Positions 25,810 to 36,060 of a stretch of DNA of 64,000 bases are shown here, piece after piece. This DNA is from Phaeosaccion multiseriatum (taxonomy: Eukaryota > Protista > Ochrophyta, other classes), in assembly GCA_965112735.1 (NCBI GenBank), contig OZ218965.1, positions 2,232,001 through 2,296,000 of the forward strand, in the 5' to 3' direction. The notes under the pieces are model-generated. The model saw only the letters and a program-made list of their open reading frames with translations, made no database searches and was not told the DNA's origin. How positions within the stretch are numbered: position 1 is the first letter of the stretch; every line of letters starts with the position of its first letter. The position numbers were made by a program, and so were the translations under genes.

Positions 25810-26408
25810 ATGGCACTTCCCGAGGGGGCACTGAGGGTTTACTGGAGAGGTTCGGGGATTTTGGAGGACGAGCTTGCGTGTGAGTCAGCGAAGTAAGCCC
25901 GTCTCTGTCTCTTCCTCCTCCTCCTCCTCCTCCTCCTCCTCCTCCTCCTCCTCCTCCTCCTCCTCCTCCTCCTCCTTCTTCTTCTTTTTCTCGTCATTTC
26001 TCTCTCTCTATTTCTTTCTCTCTACCCCTCTCTCCCTACCTCTCACGTTTGGCAGACAGCGAGGAGCGGCATCCAGGGGGGTGGGTGTTGGTGATACAGG
26101 GGTGGGTGTGGTGGGTGGGTGGGTGGGTGGGTCACTAGGTGTGTGGGCTGTTTTGTATACTTCCCGTGCCTCTCACCCATCCACTACCATCCGCTACCAT
26201 CTCATCCCTCACCCCTCTCTCTCTCCCATCCGCTGCCATCTCTTTCCTACCCTCTGCTCCCATCCACTGCCATCCCTTAAGTCTCAACTGACCAAGGTGG
26301 TGTCCGAGCAGCAGCTCCAACAAGAGCAGCACGAGGACTCGCTCCGAAGCCTATCGAGGCTCAGGGAGGAGAATCGTATCCTCCTCGCAGAGAGTGACAC
26401 CATGACGG
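25810..26408 (+). pseudogene. Possible 5' fragment of an unrelated coiled-coil gene between the two LRR-kinase copies
   Basis: Putative exons MALPEGALRVYWRGSGILEDELA (25810-25877), a mini-exon at 26056-26080, and SQLTKVVSEQQLQQEQHEDSLRSLSRLREENRILLAESDTMT (26282-26408). The last is followed by a GTGAG donor that runs into the duplication boundary. Confidence 0.35.
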
Positions 26409-26480
26409 GTGAGAGAGGGAGGGATGGCAGTTAATGGGAGAGGGATGGCAGTGGATAGGAGGTCGGCATCGCAGGATTCC

Positions 26481-29400
26481 CTGAAGTCAACGAAAGGCAA
26501 AAGTAACAGCATCGCCCTGCCTCACTAAAGAAGCGACAGCCTCTAGTTCCCTCGGCATTCTAGGGAGGCCATCTTCAAGAAACGTGGAGCAGCAGGTGCC
26601 AGGTTTCTTGTTGCCGCCCTGCCTCACTAAAGAAGCGACAGCCTCCAATTCCCTCGGCATTCTAGGGAGGCCATCTTCAGGAAACGTGGAGCAGGAGGCG
26701 CCAGGTTTCTTGTTGCCTCTGGCTGGGAACAAGAAGGAACGAGCGAAGAAAAAGGAACGGGGAGAGAGGGGGGGGGGGGAGGAGATAAAGGAATGACAGT
26801 CCGGGACGTGCTGGTGTCGCTGTTTAATTGCACGGGAGGAGCTCAATGGAAGAGACACGACGGATGGGACGAGTTGGGCACCATTACAACGGGCAATTGT
26901 CTCCATGATTTGTATGGGGTGAATGGTGTGCAGAATGGCTACTGCTATTTAGAAAACGTTGCAAGCGTAGTCCAACTCTTATTACATTGCAACGGACTAA
27001 AAGGTGGGTGACTTGTTTGTCCTTCACGGTCCTGGCTGATGTGGGTCTTAAAGAGACTGCTGGTGGTGCTGCCCTTGTCCACACATAGGCACGATACCGG
27101 CCGAGCTTGGCCGATTACAAGCACTGACGGAGCTTCGCCTTAGTGGGAATACGCTGACAGGTGGGTTACAGGCATGACGCCATCCACACCTCGTCCCTTG
27201 TCCTCGTGTGTTCACAGTCCTGAGAGGCTTTTTATGACCTGTCGCTGCTGCCCTTGTCCACACGCAGGCACGATACCGGCCGAGCTTGGCCGATTACAAG
27301 CCTTGACGGTGCTTCGCCTTTCTGGCAACAAGCTAACAGGTGGGTCACAGGCTTGATGCCATCCACACTTCCTCCCTTCTGCTCGTGTGTTCACAGTCCT
27401 GAGGGGCTTTTTATGACCTGTCGCCGCTGCCCTTGTCCACACACAGGCACGATACCGGCCGAGCTTGGCCGATTACAAGCACTGACGGTGCTTTCCCTTG
27501 GTGGCAACAAGCTGACAGGTGGGTTATAGGCATGATGTCATCCACACCTCGTCCCTTGTCCTCGCGTGTTCACAGTCCTGAGGGCCTTTTTAAGACGTGT
27601 TGCTGCCCTTCTTGCCCACACCCAGGCACGACACCGGCCGAGCTTGGTGCGGTATTCTAACCCCCCCCCCCCGCTCCTGCCTCTGTCTGCTCCTCCCCCT
27701 TCAGGCAGCATTCCTGCGGGGCTTGGTGAGCTCCACAACCTTCAGTACTTGACGCTCGAAGGCAACCAATTCAAAGGCACAATTCCTGTGGAGCTTGGGT
27801 CTCTACCCAGACTATGGCACGCCTCTTTTACTCCCGGGAACCCTGATCTCCACGGTAAGCCCTTCCAGATGGTCCGAAGGCTCCTCTTGCTTGAATGACT
27901 CTTCTCTTCCTCCATACTCCATGGGATTCGACTGTACTTCGCGGTTAAGTAAACCGCGAGTGACCTCCCCTGCACTCGAGGAGGAGAGGGGACCCCGCTC
28001 TGTCCTGCCTTGCTGTGTAGTAGGTGTAGCAATGGGTTGGCGTGACTGAATCTCTCTGACGCGCCGATCTCTCTTTCTATGCGCGGTCCGCAGGCAACCC
28101 CGGTAGGCTAGATGACCGGGACAAGGTGCAGATTTGGCAGCGAGACCTTCCGCTGCTGACCGAGAGAGATATAGCCCGCTATGAGCTGCAGACTGAAAGA
28201 GCCTCCTCCATCAAGCTTAAGGCCGAGCTTGAGCAGGCCAGACGAGACACAGAGTCTCTGCTGGAGAAGGCACAAAGAGCGTCGCTGTCCTCCGGGGTGG
28301 ACATGCTGCTGGCCGTTACGGATGCCGTAGCGAGCACCAGAGGCCGCAAGCAGAAGGAGCACAGCACTGAGATGCAGGAGCAGCATCCGAGTGGGGGCAT
28401 TGAGGAAAGGGCCCAACTTCCGACAGCCTCCTGGAGGGGTCTGCTCAAGGCCATTGAGCTCATGTCCAAAGGCGACGCGACGCAGGACAATGGCACAGTC
28501 GGGACAGAGGCTCTGGCTGAGATGGTGCAGGAGGAAGAGCGGGCCACTAGGCACTGGGACTCTCTCAAGATGCATCAGAACATACTGAGGGAGTGGAGCC
28601 CACCTGTGTCGGGGGAGGCTCGGGCGGAAGAGCTTAGCATTGGTGAGATCGAGGCGGTGTTGGTTGACAACAAAGGGCTTGCGGGGAAGAGCTTGCATGA
28701 GGTCGTGGCTGCTCGAGACGGTGAGAGGAAAGGCCTGGTGGACGCGATGAGCCAGCTCCTCCTGGTGAGTGCGAGAGAGGAGCTGCCCGACAAGATAGAC
28801 GCCGAGAAGAGAGAGATCGAGAGTGTAGAGGGTCTGCTGGCACCGCTGAGAGAATTCCAAACGTCATCTAGGGACCTGCTTGAGGAGGACGGAGGGCAGG
28901 GCGAGGACGAAAGCTTCGACATTGGTGCTCTGTGGGGGCAGGGCGAGGACGAAAGCTTCGACATTGGTGCCCTGTGCACAGAGGTGCTGCAAGCTGTGAG
29001 GCAGTGGGAGGCAGCGCACGATCTCGCTGCCCTTGCGCAGAGCACTGACGGGCGCTGCAGAGAGCTGGGGCAGGCGCTGGCGAAAGCGCTTGGGTCGCTG
29101 GGAGGCACAAGCCCCGGAGTCGAGGAGGGAGCAGGAGAAGTGGGAGAGAGCGAGGACGATGATGGCGATATACAGCGATGCCTTCGACTGGCGGCCAAGG
29201 CGGCGCAGGCGGCGGTCGACGACGAAGAGAGCGGCAGCGAATTAAGCTCCTTGCTCAAAGACCTTCCGCTCATCGCCGTCCTGCAGGCTGGGGAGCGCCT
29301 GCTCGCTTACCACCGGCAGAGGGTGGAGACCATGGAGGGACTGGGCGCCAGACGAGGCGTCTTCCTCGACGTGCTCGCTCAGCAGCAGGGGGTAAGCATC

Positions 29401-30533
29401 GCCTTCCACCACACGTTTGCACTTTCGTCACTCTCTCCATCTCTCTATCTCCGCTCGAAGATACTCAGCACAGAGGAGCGAAAGGGCTCCACGAAGTGTG
29501 TGGCTCTGACGGTGTCCATTGTGCCGCTCGACGCCTCCGCTCTTTGGACTTTTGACATGCTCTGATGACACGTCCTATACCCTCCAGGTGGTGTCCAGCG
29601 CGTGCTACCCTCCCGACATCAGCGGTCTCAAGGCCCTCCGGGCGGAGCTGCACGACCTCCAGGACGAGGTGGACATGCTGAAGCTCAAGATCACTCAGAA
29701 GCAGCGCCGGGGAGAGCCCACAGACGGCCTGCAGACAGAGCTGAAGCGCGTCATCTCCGACATCACTCAGAAGGTAGGGCGAGTGTTGTACGAGGTTGGC
29801 TTAGTGTGTCCGAAAGAGCTCTCGATCCTCCCCTCCTCTTGGGCACGCAGAGCCGCACGACTGACTTCTCTCCTCTCGCGTTGGCTGTGTGGCTGTGCTC
29901 CCCTGCCCAAGCAGAAGCTAAGCCGGCACATCATGGCGGAGGAGAGCAAGCTGTACCGCCTGGCGCAGGAGCACTACCCCGAGCTGCTGCTGGAGGGCAA
30001 CGAGTGGGGCAAGGAGGTGGGCATTGACGCCTCCTCCTTTGGGGCAGAGGCGCGGCGCCTGGGCCTGCTGGCAGATGGCCGGACGCTGCAGAGCTTCGCC
30101 AAGCAGACGCTGCTCTCCACGCAGGCGGGAAGGCGTGTCTATCTCGTGGAGGAGGCAGGGGAGTCCATGGCAGAGCAGCAGCAGGACGGTGTGCCTCTCC
30201 GGCGGAAAATGGTGGTTAAAGAGTTCAGCTTGAAGCTGGAACGGGACATGCGGCACTTCTACAGACAGGTGCGTCTGGCCTGTCCCTCTCACGCATAGCC
30301 GTGACGCACTCACGTCAGAGCCTGCTCTCCCCTCCTCCTCACCTCCCGCCCCGTGACCAACAGGTTGCCCTGCTGCACCAGCTGAGGCATCCCAACCTCG
30401 TGGGCGTGTGTGCTGTGTTCCAGGACCTCACGGCGGGCTCCTGCTACCTGCAGATGCCGCACTATGGGGGAGGAGATCTCCGAGCCTGGATGGACGCCAA
30501 CCCCGCCACGGCCAGAGATGCCGTCTTCTGCGC

Positions 30534-30589
<56 letters not shown>

Positions 30590-32424
30590 CAGAGGGTGGA
30601 CTGAGCGGGGAACAGAGTCAAACACCCCGCCCAAATACATATCCAGTCCTACCTTTCCACTGAGCTTCTCTTCGCTTCCGTCCGCCGTCCGCGCCTCGCA
30701 GATTCTGAGCGACGTGTTGGCCGGGCTGCACCACCTTCACGCAAACGGCCTCGTGCACTGCGACCTCAAGCCCTCCAATGTGCTGCTCACCACGCGAGGC
30801 ACCGCCGTGCTGTCGGACTTTGACGGGCTACGCAAGGAGGATGATTTGGCCAGCGGCGTGGGATCGACCACTTTTGTAGGAGGCATCCAGGGAACTATGC
30901 GCTACCTCCCTCCAGAGCTGCTGCAACCGCCAGGCACGAGTGTGATGAAAAACCTCATCACTCCAAGCGTCGACATGTTCGCTTTTGGGAGGGTTGCGGA
31001 GGAGCTGCTGCAAGAAGGGGTGCAGCTCAGTTGGCGAAGAGGGGAGGGAGGCGACAGGAAGGCAGAGCACCGCAGGAGATGGGACTCGCTCAAAGGCTTC
31101 ATCACTGCACTGGTGGCGGATGACCCGGCCAAGAGGATGAGCAGCTCGGACGCGCTGGCCCACCCTCTCTTGGTGGAGCTCGGTCGGAGGACCATGGAGG
31201 GAGAGGATAGGGTGAAGCAGCGCAAGCTCCAGTGCGTCGTCTGCTTTGACACATTCCTCGCTGCGGAGGGGGTGCAATGCGACGCGGAGCACTTCATCTG
31301 TGACGAGTGCCTGGAAGGGTACGTGACGGCCAAGAGCGAGTCTGAAGAGAGGAAGGCCCTGTACAAGGGCGGGCTGCAGTGCCCCCAGCCTGGCTGCGCA
31401 TCGAATCCCTTCCAAGGACACACCATTGCCAGCCACGTGCCCGCCTCCGTGTATGAGGCATACCGCACGGCGCTCAACGCGGGGCTGGAGACCAAGGTTG
31501 TGCAAGACATGGAGAGAGTTCACGAGGTGAGGATGAAGGTGGGGGTGAGGATGATGGATGGAGATCGTTTGGTGTCTTGCTTGGTGCCGTTCTTACGGGC
31601 CATTCATGTGGTCTGTGTGGCGACTGTGTGTGGCTTGTCTTCACCGTTGCTGGCCCTTCGCTTCGCCATTTGCGCCCCCTCGTTGTGCAGGAGAGGCTGG
31701 AGGCGATGCGCAGAGACTTTGCCAATCGATCGGCGGCCGACGCCCTCGAGGAGGAGGCCCGTCAGCACTCGCTCCGCGTCATCGAAACGGTCATCAACCT
31801 GGCCTGCCCACGCTGCAAGCAGGCCTTCGCGGACTTCATCGACTGCTTCGCCCTAAAGTGTGGCCGCTGTGCGGCGGCCTTTTGTGCCTACTGCCTCGCG
31901 GACTGCGGTAGGGATGCTCACAGACACGTGGCATCATGTGCTCTGAACCCAACTGGAGGTTTATTCGGCACCTTCGACGACTTCGAGGCCGCCCAAAAGG
32001 GCAGGAGGGAGAAGCTGCTGGCGGCTTACCTGCAGCCGCTGCGGGCAGAAGTGCGCGTCAGGGTGGCGGAGCTGCTCCAGCCGCACGTCGAGGGCCTGGG
32101 CCTCTCCATTGGAGGGCCAGGAAACTGAGACGGAGAACAGGAGGGCAGGACGGCGGGGGGGCGGATGAAATAGATTGAGGGCTTGAGTGAGTGTAGTGCC
32201 TAGAATAGCGGTATAGTGGTGTACTCGAGGAACACGCACACCACGTCCTACAGGCCTACAGGGTAGAAGGAGTGGGGGGGCTAAGGGGGAGGCGGGCACA
32301 GGAGGCTTTCATTCATTCCTTCGTCCATTCAGTAATAATTAATGATGCATTCGTTCGTAAGATAGCTACCTACTGAAGCCAAGAGATGAGCGAGGACGGC
32401 TCTGTCCTATCCCTTCTGCGCTCT
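26481..32424. repeat. Tandem segmental duplicate of ~16482-25349 (whole LRR-kinase-RBR gene with flanks)
   Basis: Shared 5' flank tgaagtcaacgaaa..cagcatcgccc and shared 3' flank ..gagatgagcgaggacggctctgtcctatccctt. Confidence 0.93.
26793..32128 (+). CDS. LRR - coiled coil - protein kinase - RING1/Rcat protein, copy 2 (3 single-LRR exons)
   Basis: Exons: 26793-27003, 27089-27160, 27268-27339, 27447-27518, 27705-27854 (one LRR longer than in copy 1), 28094-29391, 29588-29773, 29915-30268, 30364-~30540, 30702-31526, 31691-32128. Near-identical to copy 1 outside the array. The donor after FCAQ has lost a G and kinase GTMGY is GTMRY, so it may be impaired. Confidence 0.8.
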
Positions 32425-32431
32425 GATGCCT

Positions 32432-33625
32432 TCAAGGTGTCGATGCCGGCTGATCGTAATCTCGAGGGGTAGGTGGGTCGCTATCATCGCTGGTGCCAAC
32501 GTGCGATGGAATTGAGCGGCCCTCCTCCTCTACTGGCGTTTCAAGAGGTACGCTGTCGACGTCTGCAGCGAGGCAGGGGCTCCACCCCTTGTGGAAGTGG
32601 CATGAATGCAGCCCCAGCAGGGCCACGAACGTGCCACAGGTGTAACACAGGCGTTCCGGGCAGCCTCCGTTAGCTCCCCAGAAACCAATCGAGTCGACGG
32701 TGTAGGAACATACACACTCCAGCAGCAGCGAAGCTGATGGAGACTGCTCCCACAATGACATGCTCAGTGCTGCTGTGTTGCCGGCACCGGTAGGCAGCCT
32801 CTCCTTCGCAGACTCTATGAGGTCGCTGTGCATCGGGTGGGCTTCCGTCGCCATCCTCGCTCCGTCCACGCCGAGGCACGGCAAGCCAGATGGTAACCCT
32901 AGCCCCCTTCGTTGTCCATGAGCTTCGCTCCCACACACAGCCTTACAATGAATCCTGCACAGCCCTTCGCGACAGAGAGCGTCCCAAGCGAGGTGGCTTC
33001 CCTTCCACTCCGGTATGCACGAACCGCGTCCCTCCGTAGGCCCCCGGCACCACCTCACATCTTTCTCTTTGGCCAGGAGAAGCGCCGCGTACGAAGATTC
33101 CGACTCCACCCCCTGGGATTGGGCCGCATGAGCCGCATGAGCACAGTAACGAAGGAGTCGCACCTCATTAGATCTACAGTGTGGCTCCTCGCCCTTTTCA
33201 TCAACGCTCCAGCTCTCCCTGCGGGCCATAAGACCGGCCTCCCCACAAACTGACCCAGCCTCGGGCTCGAAGAGGGTAGGGTTGCCTTCGTTGTCCTCCA
33301 CGACGTAAACGGCAAAGGAAACGTTGTAACGCAATGCTGCAAAAGCAAGCAAATCCGTCGGAGTAAGTACACCAACATCAGAGGGTACTACCTGGTCTCG
33401 CCAGCTTTGGAGCTCCGCAGCGGTCGCGGCGGAGGAGTACTCAGCCTGTTCGTGCCCATGTAGAGCGTTCAGGGCTGCACACACGAGAGAGGTGGAGCCA
33501 ACACCCTTGTTCTTCGCCACGATGAAATCCTTCATTTCTATCTGCCTCACTATGCATGTCACGCTCTCTCCGCGTGCATAGAGCATTGAGGGTCCTCGTA
33601 ACGTTGATGACGAGTTCTCCGCCAT
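32432..33625 (-). CDS. Intronless 397-aa hypothetical protein; N-terminal half weakly OTU-like with catalytic residues absent
   Basis: Long ATG-initiated ORF of normal complexity with no microsatellites. The OTU resemblance is by eye only. Confidence 0.5.
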   Translation of the reverse strand: MAENSSSTLRGPSMLYARGESVTCIVRQIEMKDFIVAKNKGVGSTSLVCAALNALHGHEQAEYSSAATAAELQSWRDQVVPSDVGVLTPTDLLAFAALRYNVSFAVYVVEDNEGNPTLFEPEAGSVCGEAGLMARRESWSVDEKGEEPHCRSNEVRLLRYCAHAAHAAQSQGVESESSYAALLLAKEKDVRWCRGPTEGRGSCIPEWKGSHLAWDALCREGLCRIHCKAVCGSEAHGQRRGLGLPSGLPCLGVDGARMATEAHPMHSDLIESAKERLPTGAGNTAALSMSLWEQSPSASLLLECVCSYTVDSIGFWGANGGCPERLCYTCGTFVALLGLHSCHFHKGWSPCLAADVDSVPLETPVEEEGRSIPSHVGTSDDSDPPTPRDYDQPASTP

Positions 33626-34088
33626 GCGCTACCCGTTCGTAGCAAACAAGATGCCCCGTCCTTCCCACCATCCCCCCCGATTCCGATTCCCCCCCCCTCC
33701 TTTTTTCCCTCTATTGCTGCTGTTTCTCCTGACGCCTCTGAAGCAGATAGAACGGCCAATGGCGCGAGAGGGGGGATGAGAGAGGAGGGCTGATGAGGAC
33801 CCGTTGCTCGCTGCGTCGGTGGAGGGGGAGAGGATGTAGGAGGAGCCGAAGGGATGGTAGCTTTGAGCTTCGTGAGCGCAGTTGTCGAGAGTTGCTGACT
33901 TATTCTTCTGACGGGGGGGGGGCTTCCCAACTTAGTAGAGTCCTTCTGGACATGCAGAACTGTAGGGACTTCTGCCCTAACAAAGTACCTTACAAACTTA
34001 GTAGACCCCTTCTCCCCTCCAGAACTTTTTGGACTATTGTATGTACTACGAAGTACAAAAGTACTTTACTAAGAAGCTGCACTCCATC

Positions 34089-34393
34089 GCCGGCTTTCCA
34101 CCTCTCCTGCCCTGCCGATATGCCTGCCGCCCATTTCGTCGTGCCAGCTGACCAAGTCGCTTCTGAGCCCTCCGTCCTCGCCGTCGGTCGTGCCTGAGTG
34201 ATTCCATGTGGGTGTCCGTGCCGCCGCCGCTTGCCTACCCAGCCCATGATGCTCTGGCATAGGAGTCGACAATCGCGCCGCCCTTGCTGCTGCCATTGCT
34301 GCTGCCATTGCTGCTTCGAGGGTGTCCGGGGAAGACGGTGTAGTGGCCCGCCCGCGGTGTGAATCTCTCCACAAGCTCAGCCTGGATTGACAT
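34089..34393 (-). pseudogene. APC1 relic: exon-1 5' part fused to an internal APC1 segment
   Basis: 34132-34393 matches 13489-13743 (MSIQAELVERFTP vs MSIHAELLESFTP, then a frameshift). 34089-34134 matches 6410-6455 at 42/46. Confidence 0.85.
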
Positions 34394-35876
34394 CGTCTGG
34401 CACGTATCTTCCAGTTCTCTCGCTTCTTTTGCCTTGTCCCCCTCTATATGGGGTTTAAGCACCCCATGGGAGAAGGATTTGCCATTACACATAGATCCCA
34501 CACACCCTGGGGCAGCCCCCAGAGAAGTTGGAATCAGATTCACAGATGCCGGCGAGTTCAAATCTTCTTCTCAATAAAGGCCTTCTCTGTGTCTTGCAAC
34601 TCCATCGATCTCTGCGCGAGTATCATGTCTGGGAGGTCAGCACTAGCAGAAGTGGCGTGAGCAGGAGCTGAAGGAGAGGAGAGCTTCCTGGAAGCCGGTA
34701 CCAATGGAGAAAAATGTGAAAGAGGGCGGTGGGACAGCTGCTTTGACCGCAAGGGAGCTATGTGCTCTTCAGAAGCGGAAACGGAAGCGAGAGGCAGTCC
34801 AGCAACAGCAGCAGAAGAAGAACAAGACAGAGCTGGCTCTGCAGGATGGGGGGGGTGGGGAAGAGGAAGAGGGGGAGGAGAGGGATAAAGACAAGGGACA
34901 ACTCCACGGCCAACGGAGGTTGATACCTCATAGGGCTGGCTCTGCGGGCGACTCTCTGAGTAAAGAAATGTCGGGGACGGTAGTAGGGTCCGTGTTACCA
35001 TCACCAGCCTCGTCGTCGCCCTCGGGTTTGCTAGCAACCGCGGTGTCCAAGAGTGGCAACAGCAGTGGCAAATTCAAGCCGCCGAGGAAGTCGGTTCGGG
35101 GCAGCCCACCACAGACTCTTGGGACCTCGCCGCAGTCTAGTCTGCTCGGTGTTGGGCAGCAGCAGAGACGGAAGCCGCGCCAGGAGAGGACGGACGAGCT
35201 CGGGCAGGAGAAGCAGGGGGGGGGGGGGAAGAAGAAGCAGGAGGAGGGCAGTCGCGATGCTTTGCCTGTGTCGTTCTTCAGCCAAGTCATGGACAAGGCG
35301 GGCCCTCCGTCTCGCCCCTTTCCCTCGACAAGGTCCGCCCATGAGGCCGGACAAGATAGAGCAGAGCATCAAGGCGAGAAAGGTAGGAGCAGGGGGAGCA
35401 GAAGCGCTGGCCCAAGCACTAGCGCTGGTACTGGCGCCCATCGGGCCAGCGTGCGGCCTGCAGCCATGAGTCTGTCAGACATCATCGCTGGGGCGGCAGG
35501 GGAAGGGGCAGGCCCTGTCACAGAGACGAGGGGGGCTGCTGCCGGGACTCATAGCGGGAGCGACGATGATCAAAGTAACAGCAACTGCAGTAGTAGCAGA
35601 AGCCGAGATGCCGGGCTCATGGCGGCGGGGGGAGGTGGGGTCGCCGGTCGGAAGAGGGGGAGCGCCTCGGCGGGGCTGGGGGACGGTAAAAGTGTGGCAT
35701 TGCGGCCCAACAACACCAACACTGTCAGCAGCGTCACCGCATCCAGTGGGCAGGCCGTGTTGCGAAAGGCCAGTAACACTGGATCGTCCTCCGTAGAGCA
35801 GCAGCAGGAACAGTCATATGGGCAGCAGCAGGTCCTCTTCGGGGGGGGCGAGCGCAGCAACACGGGCGGCAACCAG

Positions 35877-35912
<36 letters not shown>

Positions 35913-36060
35913 CGACAGCGACAGCAACAACAACAGCAGCAGCAGCAACAGCAGCGAGCTTTCCTGAGCCTGGACCGTATGCCCGACTTTAGCCTCGAGG
36001 AGACGCGCCAAGCGCCGATGCTCCCGCCCCGCCCACCGGGGGGAGGGGTTGGTGGTGGTA
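34132..36060. repeat. Segmental direct repeat B (partner of 13489-15495)
   Basis: Same colinear matches as repeat A. Confidence 0.95.
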
